From an uncultured Gemmatimonadales bacterium (lineage in GTDB: Bacteria > Gemmatimonadota > Gemmatimonadetes > Gemmatimonadales > GWC2-71-9): a stretch of DNA of 64,000 nt. This document shows positions 37,207 through 46,767 of this stretch, one piece after another. The translations under genes and the position numbers were made by a program. The DNA is taken from assembly GCA_963795085.1 (NCBI GenBank), contig CAWCFX010000001.1, positions 536,864 to 600,863 on the forward strand, read 5' to 3'. Every line of letters starts with the position of its first letter. Position 1 is the first letter of the stretch. The notes under the pieces were generated by a model. That model was not told where the DNA came from. It was given only the letters and a program-made list of their open reading frames with translations, and did no database searches.

Positions 37207-37319
37207 AACCGGGGCCCGGGTTCCCCCGTCTCGACCCCGGTGGCTGTGACATTCCGCGGGCGCCGGTGTACAATACGAAACTTCGTCCCCGAACCCTCAC
37301 CCCCTTTCCCGGAGGCACC

Positions 37320-37478
37320 ATGCGAGGCGGCCTGGTATCGCTCGGTATTCTGCTGCTCATCCTGTGGGTCGTGGGCTTCGTGGTCTTCAAGGTCGCGGGC
37401 TTCCTGATCCACATTCTCGTCATCGTCGCGATCGTCATGCTGATCGCCGGCTTCTTCCGGCGGGTCGGCGGCAACTGA
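37320..37478 (+). CDS. small two-TM membrane protein (lmo0937/DUF5670-like)
   Basis: The ATG at 37320 is preceded by GGAGG. Sequence: MRGGLVSLGILLLILWVVGFVVFKVAGFLIHILVIVAIVMLIAGFFRR. Confidence 0.6.
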   Translation: MRGGLVSLGILLLILWVVGFVVFKVAGFLIHILVIVAIVMLIAGFFRRVGGN

Positions 37479-37511
37479 AACCGGCTTTTCACATCCTGAC
37501 CGAGGTTCCCC

Positions 37512-39050
37512 ATGCGCCTGCCCGCCCTGCTCCTCACCTTGTTCGCCGCCGCCGTGGCGGCGCCGCTGCCGGCCCAGACGTTCCGGAACGACGACCCGGT
37601 GATTCGCCGGATGTGGGAGGAGGGCATGAACAACTCCCAGGCGGGATCCCTGGCCCAGGTGCTGATGGATTCAATCGGCCCTCGGCTGGCCGGGTCTCCC
37701 GGGTTCGATGCGGCCACCGACTGGCTGGTCCGCACCTACAGCCAGTGGGGAGTACCGGTCCGGAAGGAGCGGTACGGAACCTGGCGCGGCTGGCGCTGGG
37801 GCGCCGTCCATGCCGACCTGACGGCTCCCCGGGTCCAGACCATGAACGCCCACCTGCTGGCCTGGAGCGTGGGAACCCAGCGGCCGGTGGAGGGCGCGGT
37901 GTTGCTGATGCCGGAGGCCGCCAACCGCCAGGAGTTCCTGGCCTGGCTGCCCCGGGTCAAAGGCAATTTCGTGCTCTTTGGCGCGCCCGAAGTGATGTGC
38001 CGCGCCCAGCAGGAACTGGAAAAGAATGCCACCCCGGCCACGGTGGCCTGGGTGGACTCAGTCCGAAAAGCCACCCGGGAGAGCTTCACCCGCCGGGTGG
38101 CCGGGTACCGCGGCAACAACCTCGGCGCCGTCATGAGCCTGATCGACTCCGCGGGCGCCGCCGGCATCCTCAGCAGCAACTGGTCCGGAGGCTGGGGCGC
38201 CACCCGGGTGTTCAACGCGGAGACCCGCAACGCCGTCGCGCTGGACCTCTCCTGTGAGGACTACGGACTGCTCTACCGGTTGGCCTCCAACAACCAGGGC
38301 CCCCGCTTCCGGGTCTCCGCCGAGAGCCGGGAGCTGGGCGAGGTGCCCCAGTTCAACGTGATCGCCGAGCTCAAGGGCACCGAGAAGCCCAACGAGTACG
38401 TCCTGCTCGGGGCCCACCTCGATTCCTGGCACGGTGCCACCGGCGCCATGGACAACGGCACCGGCACCATCATGATGCTGGAAGCCATGCGCATCCTGAA
38501 AGCGGCCTATCCGTCACCCAAGCGAACCATCCTGGTGGGGCACTGGGGTGCCGAGGAGCAGGGCCTGATCGGGTCGGGCGCCTTTGCCGAGGATCACCCC
38601 GAAGTGATCGAAGGGATGCAGGCGAGCTTCAACCAGGACAACGGCACCTGGCGGGTCGAAGTGGTGCAGCCGTACGGGTACATGCAGGGGGTCGGCAATC
38701 TCGCCCGCTGGCTCTCCATCGTGCCGCTGGAAATCACCACCCACCTGCGGCTCGGGGTGCCCGGAGAAATGGAGAACACCGGCAGCGACCACTCCTCGTT
38801 CCTCTGCCGCGGCGCGCCCGGGTTCCGGCTCCAGTCGGCTTACGACGAGTACCGGCAATACACCTGGCACACGACCCTCGATACCTACGACAAGGTGGTG
38901 TTGCCCGATCTCAAGAACAACGCCACCCTGGCGGCCATGCTCGCTTACGCCGCGAGCGAGGATCCGGAACGGGTGTCGCGGGCGCAGGCAACCCGCCGGG
39001 GCCAGCAGATGCAGTGCCCCCCGGTGGCCCGCCAGTTCCGGAACCGGTAG
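37512..39050 (+). CDS. M28-family secreted peptidase (third copy)
   Basis: Signal peptide MRLPALLLTLFAAAVAAPLPAQ. Motifs GAHLDSWHGATGAMDNGTG, GHWGAEEQGLIGS and GSDHSSF. Confidence 0.8.
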   Translation: MRLPALLLTLFAAAVAAPLPAQTFRNDDPVIRRMWEEGMNNSQAGSLAQVLMDSIGPRLAGSPGFDAATDWLVRTYSQWGVPVRKERYGTWRGWRWGAVHADLTAPRVQTMNAHLLAWSVGTQRPVEGAVLLMPEAANRQEFLAWLPRVKGNFVLFGAPEVMCRAQQELEKNATPATVAWVDSVRKATRESFTRRVAGYRGNNLGAVMSLIDSAGAAGILSSNWSGGWGATRVFNAETRNAVALDLSCEDYGLLYRLASNNQGPRFRVSAESRELGEVPQFNVIAELKGTEKPNEYVLLGAHLDSWHGATGAMDNGTGTIMMLEAMRILKAAYPSPKRTILVGHWGAEEQGLIGSGAFAEDHPEVIEGMQASFNQDNGTWRVEVVQPYGYMQGVGNLARWLSIVPLEITTHLRLGVPGEMENTGSDHSSFLCRGAPGFRLQSAYDEYRQYTWHTTLDTYDKVVLPDLKNNATLAAMLAYAASEDPERVSRAQATRRGQQMQCPPVARQFRNR

Positions 39051-39066
39051 CCGGCCGCCGCTTTCC

Positions 39067-39801
39067 ATGTGTACGCTGGCCTGGCTGCCCGGGAACGACG
39101 GGTACATCCTGTGGCACAGCCGGGACGAACGCCGGGCCCGCGGGGTGGCGCTCCCACCGGTCGTGGAGTACGGCCAGGGCACCGGCTGGATTTCCCCTCG
39201 CGATACCGACGCGGGCGGCACCTGGGTCGGGGTGAACACCCACGGGGTGACCGTGGGCATCGCCAACCTCGTGCGCGATGCGGCCCCGGTGCCGGCCGGG
39301 CGCAAGGTGAGCCGGGGTCTCCTGGTCCGGGAACTCCTGCAGGCGCCGGCCGCGCGCCAGGTCGAGCAGCGGGTCCGCGCGACCAGCCTGGACAGCTTCG
39401 AACCCTTTACGCTGGTCTCCCTCGAAACTGGCCAGCCTCCCGTCATTCTCCGCTGGGACCGGTCCACCCTTGCCGCCGTGCCGCCGCTGGCCAAAACGCT
39501 GCTGGTGACCAGTGCCGGAGGCAACGTTGCAATCGAGCGGGGCAGGGTGGCGCTGTTCGAATCCCTGGGACCAGCGGACCGCGACCCCGACCGGATCGAA
39601 GCACTGTACCGGGCGCCGCCGGATGGCAGCAACGAGGCCATCTGCGTCCACCGCGCCGAGGTCTCGACGGTCAGCCTGGTCCGAATCGAAGTGACACCAC
39701 CCCGCGTCTTTCTTGCCTACACACCGGGGCAACCCTGCCTCACCCGGCCGGGCCCATCCATCATGCTGGATCGCAACCATGTCCCGATCACTGCTTCCTG
39801 A
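39067..39801 (+). CDS. NRDE/TANGO2-family protein
   Basis: Begins MCT (Cys2) and has the SRDE block (HSRDERRAR) characteristic of the NRDE family from memory. Confidence 0.65.
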   Translation: MCTLAWLPGNDGYILWHSRDERRARGVALPPVVEYGQGTGWISPRDTDAGGTWVGVNTHGVTVGIANLVRDAAPVPAGRKVSRGLLVRELLQAPAARQVEQRVRATSLDSFEPFTLVSLETGQPPVILRWDRSTLAAVPPLAKTLLVTSAGGNVAIERGRVALFESLGPADRDPDRIEALYRAPPDGSNEAICVHRAEVSTVSLVRIEVTPPRVFLAYTPGQPCLTRPGPSIMLDRNHVPITAS

Positions 39802-40444
39802 ACCGGTCGAACGCTACCTGGCCGCCTTTGCCGGCGAGACCGCTGTCCAGCGGCGGCTGCGCGAGGCCACCGCGAAGCTGCCCGATGCGGGCATGCAGAT
39901 CGGGGCGGACCAGGGCGCATTCATGGCCCAACTGGTCCGGCTGACCGGCGCCCGCCGCTGCCTCGAGGTGGGTACCTTCACCGGCTACAGCGCCCTCGCG
40001 GTCGCCGGTGCCTTGCCGGATGATGGACGGCTGGTGACCTGCGATATCAGCGAAGAGTGGACGGCCCTGGCCCGTCGTTACTGGACCGAAGCCGGCGTGG
40101 CGGAGAAGATCGACCTGAGGCTGGGCCCCGCCACCGAGACGCTGGACCAGTTGGCCCGGGACCCGGGTGAAGAGAGCTTCGATTTCGCCTTCATCGATGC
40201 TGATAAGCCGGCCTACCATGCGTATTACGAGAGGTGCCTCCGGCTGGTGCGTCCCAACGGACTCATCCTGCTGGACAACATGCTCTGGGGCGGCAAGGTG
40301 GTGGACGAGAACGAGCAGGACCCCGATACCGCCGCGATCCGGGCCCTCAACGCGCTGATCCGGGACGATCGCCGGGTCGAGGCCACCCTGCTCTCCGTGG
40401 GCGACGGCGTGGTGATCGCCCGGAAGCGTCCCCCGAAGGCCTGA
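39779..40444 (+). CDS. class I SAM-dependent O-methyltransferase (caffeoyl-CoA OMT-like)
   Basis: ORF trimmed to MSRSLLPEP. Motifs LEVGTFTGYSALAVA, FDFAFIDADK and LILLDNMLWGGKV. Confidence 0.85.
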   Translation: MSRSLLPEPVERYLAAFAGETAVQRRLREATAKLPDAGMQIGADQGAFMAQLVRLTGARRCLEVGTFTGYSALAVAGALPDDGRLVTCDISEEWTALARRYWTEAGVAEKIDLRLGPATETLDQLARDPGEESFDFAFIDADKPAYHAYYERCLRLVRPNGLILLDNMLWGGKVVDENEQDPDTAAIRALNALIRDDRRVEATLLSVGDGVVIARKRPPKA

Positions 40445-40451
40445 CCGCGTT

Positions 40452-41216
40452 TTACGGAGCGGCCGAGCCCTGGAGCGTCAGGGCAGCTCCCGACAGAAGA
40501 TCGTATACCACGTATCCGCCGTACGCCGCCACCAGCGCCAGCACTCCGGCCACCACCATGCGCCGGGGGATCCGCACCGGCAGGTTCCGGGCGGTCAGCA
40601 GCGAGACCACCAGCAGGCCGATGACCGTGGGCCAGAGCCACTTGGCCTTGCGGGGCAGCTCATCGTTCAGGTGTACGATCGACACCACCGTGAGCACGTA
40701 GAAGTAGGACGCGAGGATGTACCGCTGGTGCCGCCGGTACAGCAGCGGCCGGTCGGTGAGCCCGGTCTTCAGTTCCCGGAACTCCAGCACCACCATCCAG
40801 ATTCCTACCAGGGTGAACACCCGCATCGGCGTGTCCTTCCACACCGCCACCGAGAACAGTGCTACCACGCTCAGAAGCAGCAGCCAGGCCAGGGCCCGGT
40901 CCACCGGCCCGGCGGCGGGGTCTTCCGCGCAGAAGAGCCGGATGGCGCGGTAGCCGTACAGCACCATCGAGAACCCGAAGAAATTGAAGGTGACATTGCG
41001 GGCAAAGCTCCAGGTGCCCCATGCATGCTGGGTCAGGGTCAGCCAGGTGCCGGTGAGATACAGGAAAACGATCAGGTAGAGATAGGCCTTGCCCCACCGG
41101 CGGTGCACCGGCGCATCCGCAAATGCGAGGAGGGCCAGCGGTGCGACCACAAAGGCCGTGGGATAGCCCACTATCCGGTGGACCAGGACGAGCAGCGCGG
41201 TGGGTGAGTCACCCAT
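40452..41216 (-). CDS. polytopic membrane protein of unknown function
   Basis: About six hydrophobic helices. The start at 41216 (MGDSPTALL) forms an ATGA overlap with the stop of the upstream hydrolase gene. Confidence 0.6.
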   Translation of the reverse strand: MGDSPTALLVLVHRIVGYPTAFVVAPLALLAFADAPVHRRWGKAYLYLIVFLYLTGTWLTLTQHAWGTWSFARNVTFNFFGFSMVLYGYRAIRLFCAEDPAAGPVDRALAWLLLLSVVALFSVAVWKDTPMRVFTLVGIWMVVLEFRELKTGLTDRPLLYRRHQRYILASYFYVLTVVSIVHLNDELPRKAKWLWPTVIGLLVVSLLTARNLPVRIPRRMVVAGVLALVAAYGGYVVYDLLSGAALTLQGSAAP

Positions 41217-42586
41217 CAGGCCCGGACCGGCCGGGCCGACCACAGGTTCCATATCCACCGGAGGCGCTGGCGCAGCAGCCGCCGGTGAATGCGGCATCGC
41301 CGGAGCCGGCCCAGGGCCGCCACCGGGTCGACCGTCTGTCCGGTCTCCCGAAGCCGCTGGGCCAGCCAGCCTTCGAATTCCCCGCGCAACTCCGCTCGGA
41401 GGTGAGGCTGCGACTCGGCCAGGTTGACGGACTCCTCCGGGTCGGCCGCGAGGTCGTACACCTCCTCCGGCGGCTTGCCGTAGAGGTCCGGTTCCCGCGC
41501 AACGATCAGTTTATGGTGTTCCTTCCGCCACGCCCATTTGAACATCCAGGTGCCCTCGCAGGCGACGGCATGGGCGACATCGCGCCACCCGTCCCGCCCG
41601 GTGAAGAGCGGCGCCAGCGGCCGGCCTTCCATCCCGTCCGGGCGAGTCATGGCCAGCAGGTCCAGGATGGTCGCGGGGATGTCCGGCGTCTGGGTTATTG
41701 CGTCCACCACGCCGGTGCCGTCGGTCACGCCGGGCCAGTGGATGATGAGGGGCGGGCGCATGGTGCAATCGTACAGCCCATGGTGGTCGAACAGGATGCC
41801 GTGCTCGCCGAGGGACTCGCCGTGATCGCCCAGGACGATGAGCGCGGTATTGTCGCGAAGGCCCAGCCTCCCCAGCAGGTGGACCAGTTCCCGGACGCCA
41901 TCGTCGGCGGCCCGCACCGATGCGTCGTACTGGGAGCGGCACCACGTCTCGTCGGCAATGCCGTCCCCCGCCGGGCTGGGCCACTCCCCGGGATTGCACT
42001 GGGTCAGCATGTAGTGGCGGAACGAACCGGCGAACAGGTCGCGCAGGCTCCGGCGGGCGGCGGGCGGCGGGTCAGGGTGAAAGAGATGCCGGTAGCGGGG
42101 CGGCGGCGCGTACGGGGTATGGGGATCTCCATACCGCATGTAGAGGAAAAAGGGCCCGTTGCGCCGGGCGGTAAGCCAGGGGGTGACGCCCCGGTTGAAC
42201 TCGAACGCCGACAGATACTCGTTGCCCTGCACCCGCAGGTTGAGATAGGCATCGAAGTCCTGCGCGAACCAGGCCTTCCGGGTTGCCAGGTTATCCACCG
42301 CACAGGTCGCGTAGCCGCGGGACCGGAGCAGCGCGGGCAGCCAGGGTGTCCCCGGCCGCAGGTCGGCGCCGCCCTTGCGCATCAGGATGCCGTGGGAGAT
42401 CGGAGACATGCCCGTCAGCAGGCTGGTGCACGCCGGCAGGGTCGGGGTGCCCACCGTGAAAAAATTCCTGAACCAGGCCGCCCGGCGGCCGAGCCGGTCC
42501 AGGAACGGGGTGGTCTCCCGCGGATAGCCATAGAGCGAGAGGCGGTCGGCACGCAGGCTGTCGATAACGAGCAGGACCACGTTCAT
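41216..42586 (-). CDS. alkaline-phosphatase-superfamily hydrolase (sulfatase/NPP-like, Thr-nucleophile type)
   Basis: VLLVIDSLRADRL metal-site block. GTPTLPACTSLLTGMSPISHGI resembles the NPP-type T-x-P...TG..P..HGI pattern rather than the sulfatase CxPxR motif. Confidence 0.75.
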   Translation of the reverse strand: MNVVLLVIDSLRADRLSLYGYPRETTPFLDRLGRRAAWFRNFFTVGTPTLPACTSLLTGMSPISHGILMRKGGADLRPGTPWLPALLRSRGYATCAVDNLATRKAWFAQDFDAYLNLRVQGNEYLSAFEFNRGVTPWLTARRNGPFFLYMRYGDPHTPYAPPPRYRHLFHPDPPPAARRSLRDLFAGSFRHYMLTQCNPGEWPSPAGDGIADETWCRSQYDASVRAADDGVRELVHLLGRLGLRDNTALIVLGDHGESLGEHGILFDHHGLYDCTMRPPLIIHWPGVTDGTGVVDAITQTPDIPATILDLLAMTRPDGMEGRPLAPLFTGRDGWRDVAHAVACEGTWMFKWAWRKEHHKLIVAREPDLYGKPPEEVYDLAADPEESVNLAESQPHLRAELRGEFEGWLAQRLRETGQTVDPVAALGRLRRCRIHRRLLRQRLRWIWNLWSARPVRA

Positions 42587-42694
42587 GAGCGGACGTCCCC
42601 CCTCGGGCGTTCGTCAGGAGCGGTGTGCGGTTCCGCCAAGATGCAGCCCCGCCCGGCGATTGGCTAGACCCGCCTGATCACGGTAACTTGTGGC

Positions 42695-44026
42695 ATGCGA
42701 CTCTTCCCATCGACCTGGACCGCACCGGCGAGCGTCATGAGCGCCCTCGCGCTCGCGGCGTGCACCTCCCCCGGCGGCGCCCCCGCGCCCGCGCTGGCCC
42801 AAGCCGGCGGCAGTGGCTGCTGTGATGCCGCTACGCTGGTCGCCGGCCTGTCCATTGCCGACCGCTACCGGGTGGCGGCCATTCAGAAACGGCGCTTCAC
42901 CCATGCCGAGCTGTGGCGGGCGCTGGCGCCCTACACCGCCAGTGAAGCGCTCAGCGTCCGGCAGGTCGGCACCTCAATTCACGGCAGGGAGATTCGTGCC
43001 GTCACCTTCGGCCGGGGCACCACCCGGGTGCTGCTCTGGTCGCAGATGCACGGCGATGAATCCACCGCCACCATGGCGCTGGCCGACATCCTGCGGTTCC
43101 TGGCCGAAGGCAGCCAGGACCCGCTCCACGCCCGGCTGGCGGAGCGGCTGACCATCACCTTCGTCCCCATGCTCAATCCGGACGGGGCGGAACTGTTCCA
43201 GCGGGAGAACGCCGCCGGGGTTGACATCAACCGGGATGGCCGGCGGCTGGTCACCCCGGAAGGCCGCGCCCTCAAGGCCCTGCGTGACTCGCTGGCGCCC
43301 CAGTTCGGCTTCAACCTCCACGACCAGGGCGTGCGCCTCCGGGTCGGGGAGACCGGGGCCCCGGCCGCGATCGCCCTGCTGGCCCCGGCCCACGACGAAG
43401 GCCGCACCTACAACGACGTGCGCTCCCGGGCCCGGCTGGTCGCCGCGGTGATTGCCCATACCCTGGCAGGCGATATCGCCGGCCGGGTGGCCCGCTACGA
43501 CGACGCCTTCAACCCCCGCGCCTTCGGCGACCTGATGCAGCAGTGGGGCACCAGCACCGTGCTCATCGAGAGCGGCGGGCTTCCTTCCGATCCCGAGAAG
43601 CAGCGGCTGCGGGGCCTCAACGTGGCCGCGATCCTCGCCGCGCTCGATGCCATTGCCACCGGCGGCTACGCCGCCGCGAACCCCGCCTGGTATGATGGCC
43701 TGCCTTTCAACACCAGCGGCGCCGCCGACCTTCTCGTCCGGGGGGCCCGGCTGGTTCTCCCCGGCCAGGCTCCCCTCGCGGTGGATATCGCCATCAACTA
43801 TGACGACCCGCTCCACCGGAGCGGAGCCCGGGTCCGCGAAGTGGGCGACCTCCAGGCGGTGATCGCCCTGGATACCCTCGAGGCGGCGGGGATGTACCTC
43901 CACCCGTCAGCCTCCGCCCTGACCACCAGCGCCGGCCGGCCCTGGCTGCGCATCGGCGCCAACGCCGCGTTCGACCTTCGCCGCGGGGCGGCGGCCGCCA
44001 GCGAGCTGGTTCGCCGGATCCAGTAG
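42695..44026 (+). CDS. M14-family zinc carboxypeptidase (lipoprotein)
   Basis: LALAAC lipobox. Motifs WSQMHGDESTAT and NPDGAELFQRENAAGVDINRD. Confidence 0.8.
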   Translation: MRLFPSTWTAPASVMSALALAACTSPGGAPAPALAQAGGSGCCDAATLVAGLSIADRYRVAAIQKRRFTHAELWRALAPYTASEALSVRQVGTSIHGREIRAVTFGRGTTRVLLWSQMHGDESTATMALADILRFLAEGSQDPLHARLAERLTITFVPMLNPDGAELFQRENAAGVDINRDGRRLVTPEGRALKALRDSLAPQFGFNLHDQGVRLRVGETGAPAAIALLAPAHDEGRTYNDVRSRARLVAAVIAHTLAGDIAGRVARYDDAFNPRAFGDLMQQWGTSTVLIESGGLPSDPEKQRLRGLNVAAILAALDAIATGGYAAANPAWYDGLPFNTSGAADLLVRGARLVLPGQAPLAVDIAINYDDPLHRSGARVREVGDLQAVIALDTLEAAGMYLHPSASALTTSAGRPWLRIGANAAFDLRRGAAAASELVRRIQ

Positions 44027-44031
44027 CGCCG

Positions 44032-45282
44032 TTGCTCCTCGTCCTGTTCCTCGTCGCGTTCGTGGACATGATCGGCCTCACGATGATCGTGCCGATCCTG
44101 CCGTTCTTTGCGCAGGACGTGGGAGCCAGCGCCACGACCGTGGGTATCCTCATCTCCGCGTTTTCCCTGGCCCAGCTGCTGGTGGCACCGGTCTGGGGCA
44201 GCCTGTCCGACCGCTATGGCCGGCGGCCCGCGATCCTCGCCGGCCTGCTGGTGACCGCCGTGGCCTATGTGATCTTCGGGTTTGCCACCTCGGTGGGCCT
44301 GCTCCTGGTCTCCCGCGTCATCCAGGGCCTGGGCGGCGGCACCATCGGTGTCGTCCAGGCCTACGTCGCCGATGTGGCTCCCCCCGAGCAGCGGACCCGC
44401 AGTCTCGGCTGGCTCTCCGCCGTCACCAGTCTCGGCGCCGTCGCCGGACCGGCGTTCGGATCGGCCCTGACCAGCGCCGGCGGCCAGCGGGCACCCGGCC
44501 TGGGCGCGGCGGCGCTCTCTCTCCTGGTCGGGGCCTTCGCGCTTCGCTTTTTGAAGGAATCCCGGGATCTGCGTCCGTCCGGCAGCCACGCCAGGGCCCC
44601 CACCACCACCAGCCGTGCCGCGATCGCGGAAGTGCTCCTGCGGTGGAACCTTCCGGCGCCCCGGCTGATCTGGATCTACACCATCGCCATCGGCGCCTTC
44701 TACGGCACCATCCAGATCGTGCCCCTCCTGCTGTCGCAGCGGTTCCAGGTGACCGAGCACAACGTGGGCTACTTCGTCATGTTCCTCGGCGGCATGGGCG
44801 TCCTGGTGCGGTCGCTGGTGCTGGGGCCCGCGGTGGACCGGCTGGGCGAAGCGCGGCTCTCCCGGCTGGGCCTGGTCCTGCTGGCCGCCGGTCTCGCGCT
44901 GACCGGCCTGGCCCGGAGCTGGGCCATGCTCGGACTCGGGTTTGTGCTCATGCCGATCGGGACCGCGTTCGTCTTTCCCTGCGTCACCGGCCTGCTCTCG
45001 CGGGTGGTGCCGAACTCCGACCGGGGTCTCTACATGGGAGTCCAGCATTCGTTCGGCGGCGTCTCCCGGGTCGTCTTTCCCATTGCCGCCGGCATCCTGA
45101 TCGACCACTACGGAGCCGGCGTTCCGTTCTGGATTGCCGCGATCCTCGTGCTCCTGACCCTGCCGCTCACCGCCGCGATGGACACCTGGCTTGCGCCGGC
45201 TCCGGCGTCCCCCGCCGTGGCGCAGGTCCAGGAAATCGCCGCCGCCGACATTACCGCCGAGATGCCGACCGCTCCACGGTGA
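44032..45282 (+). CDS. MFS transporter
   Basis: Twelve predicted TM helices, with the GSLSDRYGRRP motif in loop 2-3. Confidence 0.85.
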   Translation: MLLVLFLVAFVDMIGLTMIVPILPFFAQDVGASATTVGILISAFSLAQLLVAPVWGSLSDRYGRRPAILAGLLVTAVAYVIFGFATSVGLLLVSRVIQGLGGGTIGVVQAYVADVAPPEQRTRSLGWLSAVTSLGAVAGPAFGSALTSAGGQRAPGLGAAALSLLVGAFALRFLKESRDLRPSGSHARAPTTTSRAAIAEVLLRWNLPAPRLIWIYTIAIGAFYGTIQIVPLLLSQRFQVTEHNVGYFVMFLGGMGVLVRSLVLGPAVDRLGEARLSRLGLVLLAAGLALTGLARSWAMLGLGFVLMPIGTAFVFPCVTGLLSRVVPNSDRGLYMGVQHSFGGVSRVVFPIAAGILIDHYGAGVPFWIAAILVLLTLPLTAAMDTWLAPAPASPAVAQVQEIAAADITAEMPTAPR

Positions 45283-45293
45283 AAGGATCGCCT

Positions 45294-45929
45294 GTGATTG
45301 TGAAGGCCATATTGTTCGACCTGGACAGCGTCCTGGTTGACTCGCGCCGCTGCGTGGAACTGGTCTGGCAGGAGTGGGGCCGGATCCGGGGGCGCGATCC
45401 CGCGCCGTTTATCGCGCTGGCCCATGGGCGGCGCACCTCGGAGACCATCGCCATGGTGGCGCCGGAGCTCGATGCCCGTGCCGAGGCGGCGGTGCTGGAC
45501 CGCATGGAAGAGGAATGCACCGAGGGCCTGGTGCCGGTGCCGGGCGCCATCAACCTGGTTCGCTCGATTCCGCTGGGCCGCTGGGGCGTCGTCACCTCGG
45601 GCCACCGCCCGGTGGCCACCCTCCGGCTGACCTCCGTCGGCATTCCCGTCCCGCCCGTCCTGGTGACCGGCGACCAGGTCAGCCACGGCAAGCCGCACCC
45701 GGAGCCCTACCTGGCGGGTCTGCGCGGCATCGCCGTCGCGGCCGACGAGTGCCTGGTGTTCGAGGACGCCCCGCCCGGCATCCGGTCCGCCCGGGCGGCC
45801 GGCATTCGCGTCGTGGCGGTCCGCACCACTCACCCGGCCGAGGCGCTGAGTGAAGCCGATGCCATCATCCCGGATCTTTCATCCGTCCGTATCAACGTGG
45901 TGCGTGAAGGCCTGGAAGTCCTGACATGA
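45294..45929 (+). CDS. HAD-superfamily hydrolase (phosphatase/phosphomutase-like)
   Basis: GTG at 45294 follows AAGGA. Motif I is ILFDLDSVLVDS; there is an HGKPHPEPY block and VFEDAPPGIRSARAAG. Confidence 0.8.
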   Translation: MIVKAILFDLDSVLVDSRRCVELVWQEWGRIRGRDPAPFIALAHGRRTSETIAMVAPELDARAEAAVLDRMEEECTEGLVPVPGAINLVRSIPLGRWGVVTSGHRPVATLRLTSVGIPVPPVLVTGDQVSHGKPHPEPYLAGLRGIAVAADECLVFEDAPPGIRSARAAGIRVVAVRTTHPAEALSEADAIIPDLSSVRINVVREGLEVLT

Positions 45930-46175
45930 TACAGTAGAGAATCTCGACAGCCGCGGCCTGCCCGCGGGTGCAACTTTCTTCCCGCCGCGCCAGCCCGCGG
46001 GCAAAGCGCGGCGGCCGCCGCTGAACCGCATCGTGGCACTCGAGGGCAACACCTTTCCCGCCAAGGCGTAGCGGGAAGCAGCGCCGCCGGGCACACAACC
46101 TGCCGCACCATACTTCGGCGAATCCGCGCAGATCTCGGCACTCGCCGCTCTTCCCCGCTCATCAATGGAGACCTC

Positions 46176-46751
46176 ATGCGCCGCATCCCGGCGGGCCCGC
46201 TCCTGGGCCTGGTCCTGATCACGCTGGCCGGGTTCCCGGCCGGCGCCCAGCAGTTGAGCCAGCGCGGGGGCCTCTGGGCCGGCGCCGGCCTGGCCAGCGC
46301 GCTCTCCGATGTTTCGTGCAACGCCTGCGTCGAGGACAGCAAGAGCGTGATCTCGGCGTATCTGCGCGCCGGCGTTACCCTGTCGCCCCGGCTGCTGCTG
46401 GGCGCCGAACTGGTCGGGACCGACAACAGTGAAGACGGCGTCAACGAGCGGGTGCTGGGGCTCGGGGCCGCAGGCTATTTCTACCCGACCGGCGGCGGCC
46501 TGTTCTTCAAGGGCGGCGCCGGCGTGCTCAAGTTCCGGGCCGATGACGATACCGATGCCCTCACTGCCACCCTCCTGGCTATCCAGGTGGGCACCGGGTA
46601 CGAGGTGCGCCTGTCGCACCGGCTCTCGCTGGCGGCGTTCACCACCCTCATCGCCTCCGCCAACGGGGACCTGGACTACAACGGCAGCCGCGTCACCGAC
46701 GACTTCAACCTCACGCTGATCCAGTTCGGGCTCGGCGTCACCTTCCACTAG
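46176..46751 (+). CDS. small outer-membrane beta-barrel protein
   Basis: Signal peptide, alternating amphipathic strands, and a C-terminus of LGVTFH (aromatic near the end). Confidence 0.55.
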   Translation: MRRIPAGPLLGLVLITLAGFPAGAQQLSQRGGLWAGAGLASALSDVSCNACVEDSKSVISAYLRAGVTLSPRLLLGAELVGTDNSEDGVNERVLGLGAAGYFYPTGGGLFFKGGAGVLKFRADDDTDALTATLLAIQVGTGYEVRLSHRLSLAAFTTLIASANGDLDYNGSRVTDDFNLTLIQFGLGVTFH

Positions 46752-46767
46752 TCCGCGGGAGACCCGT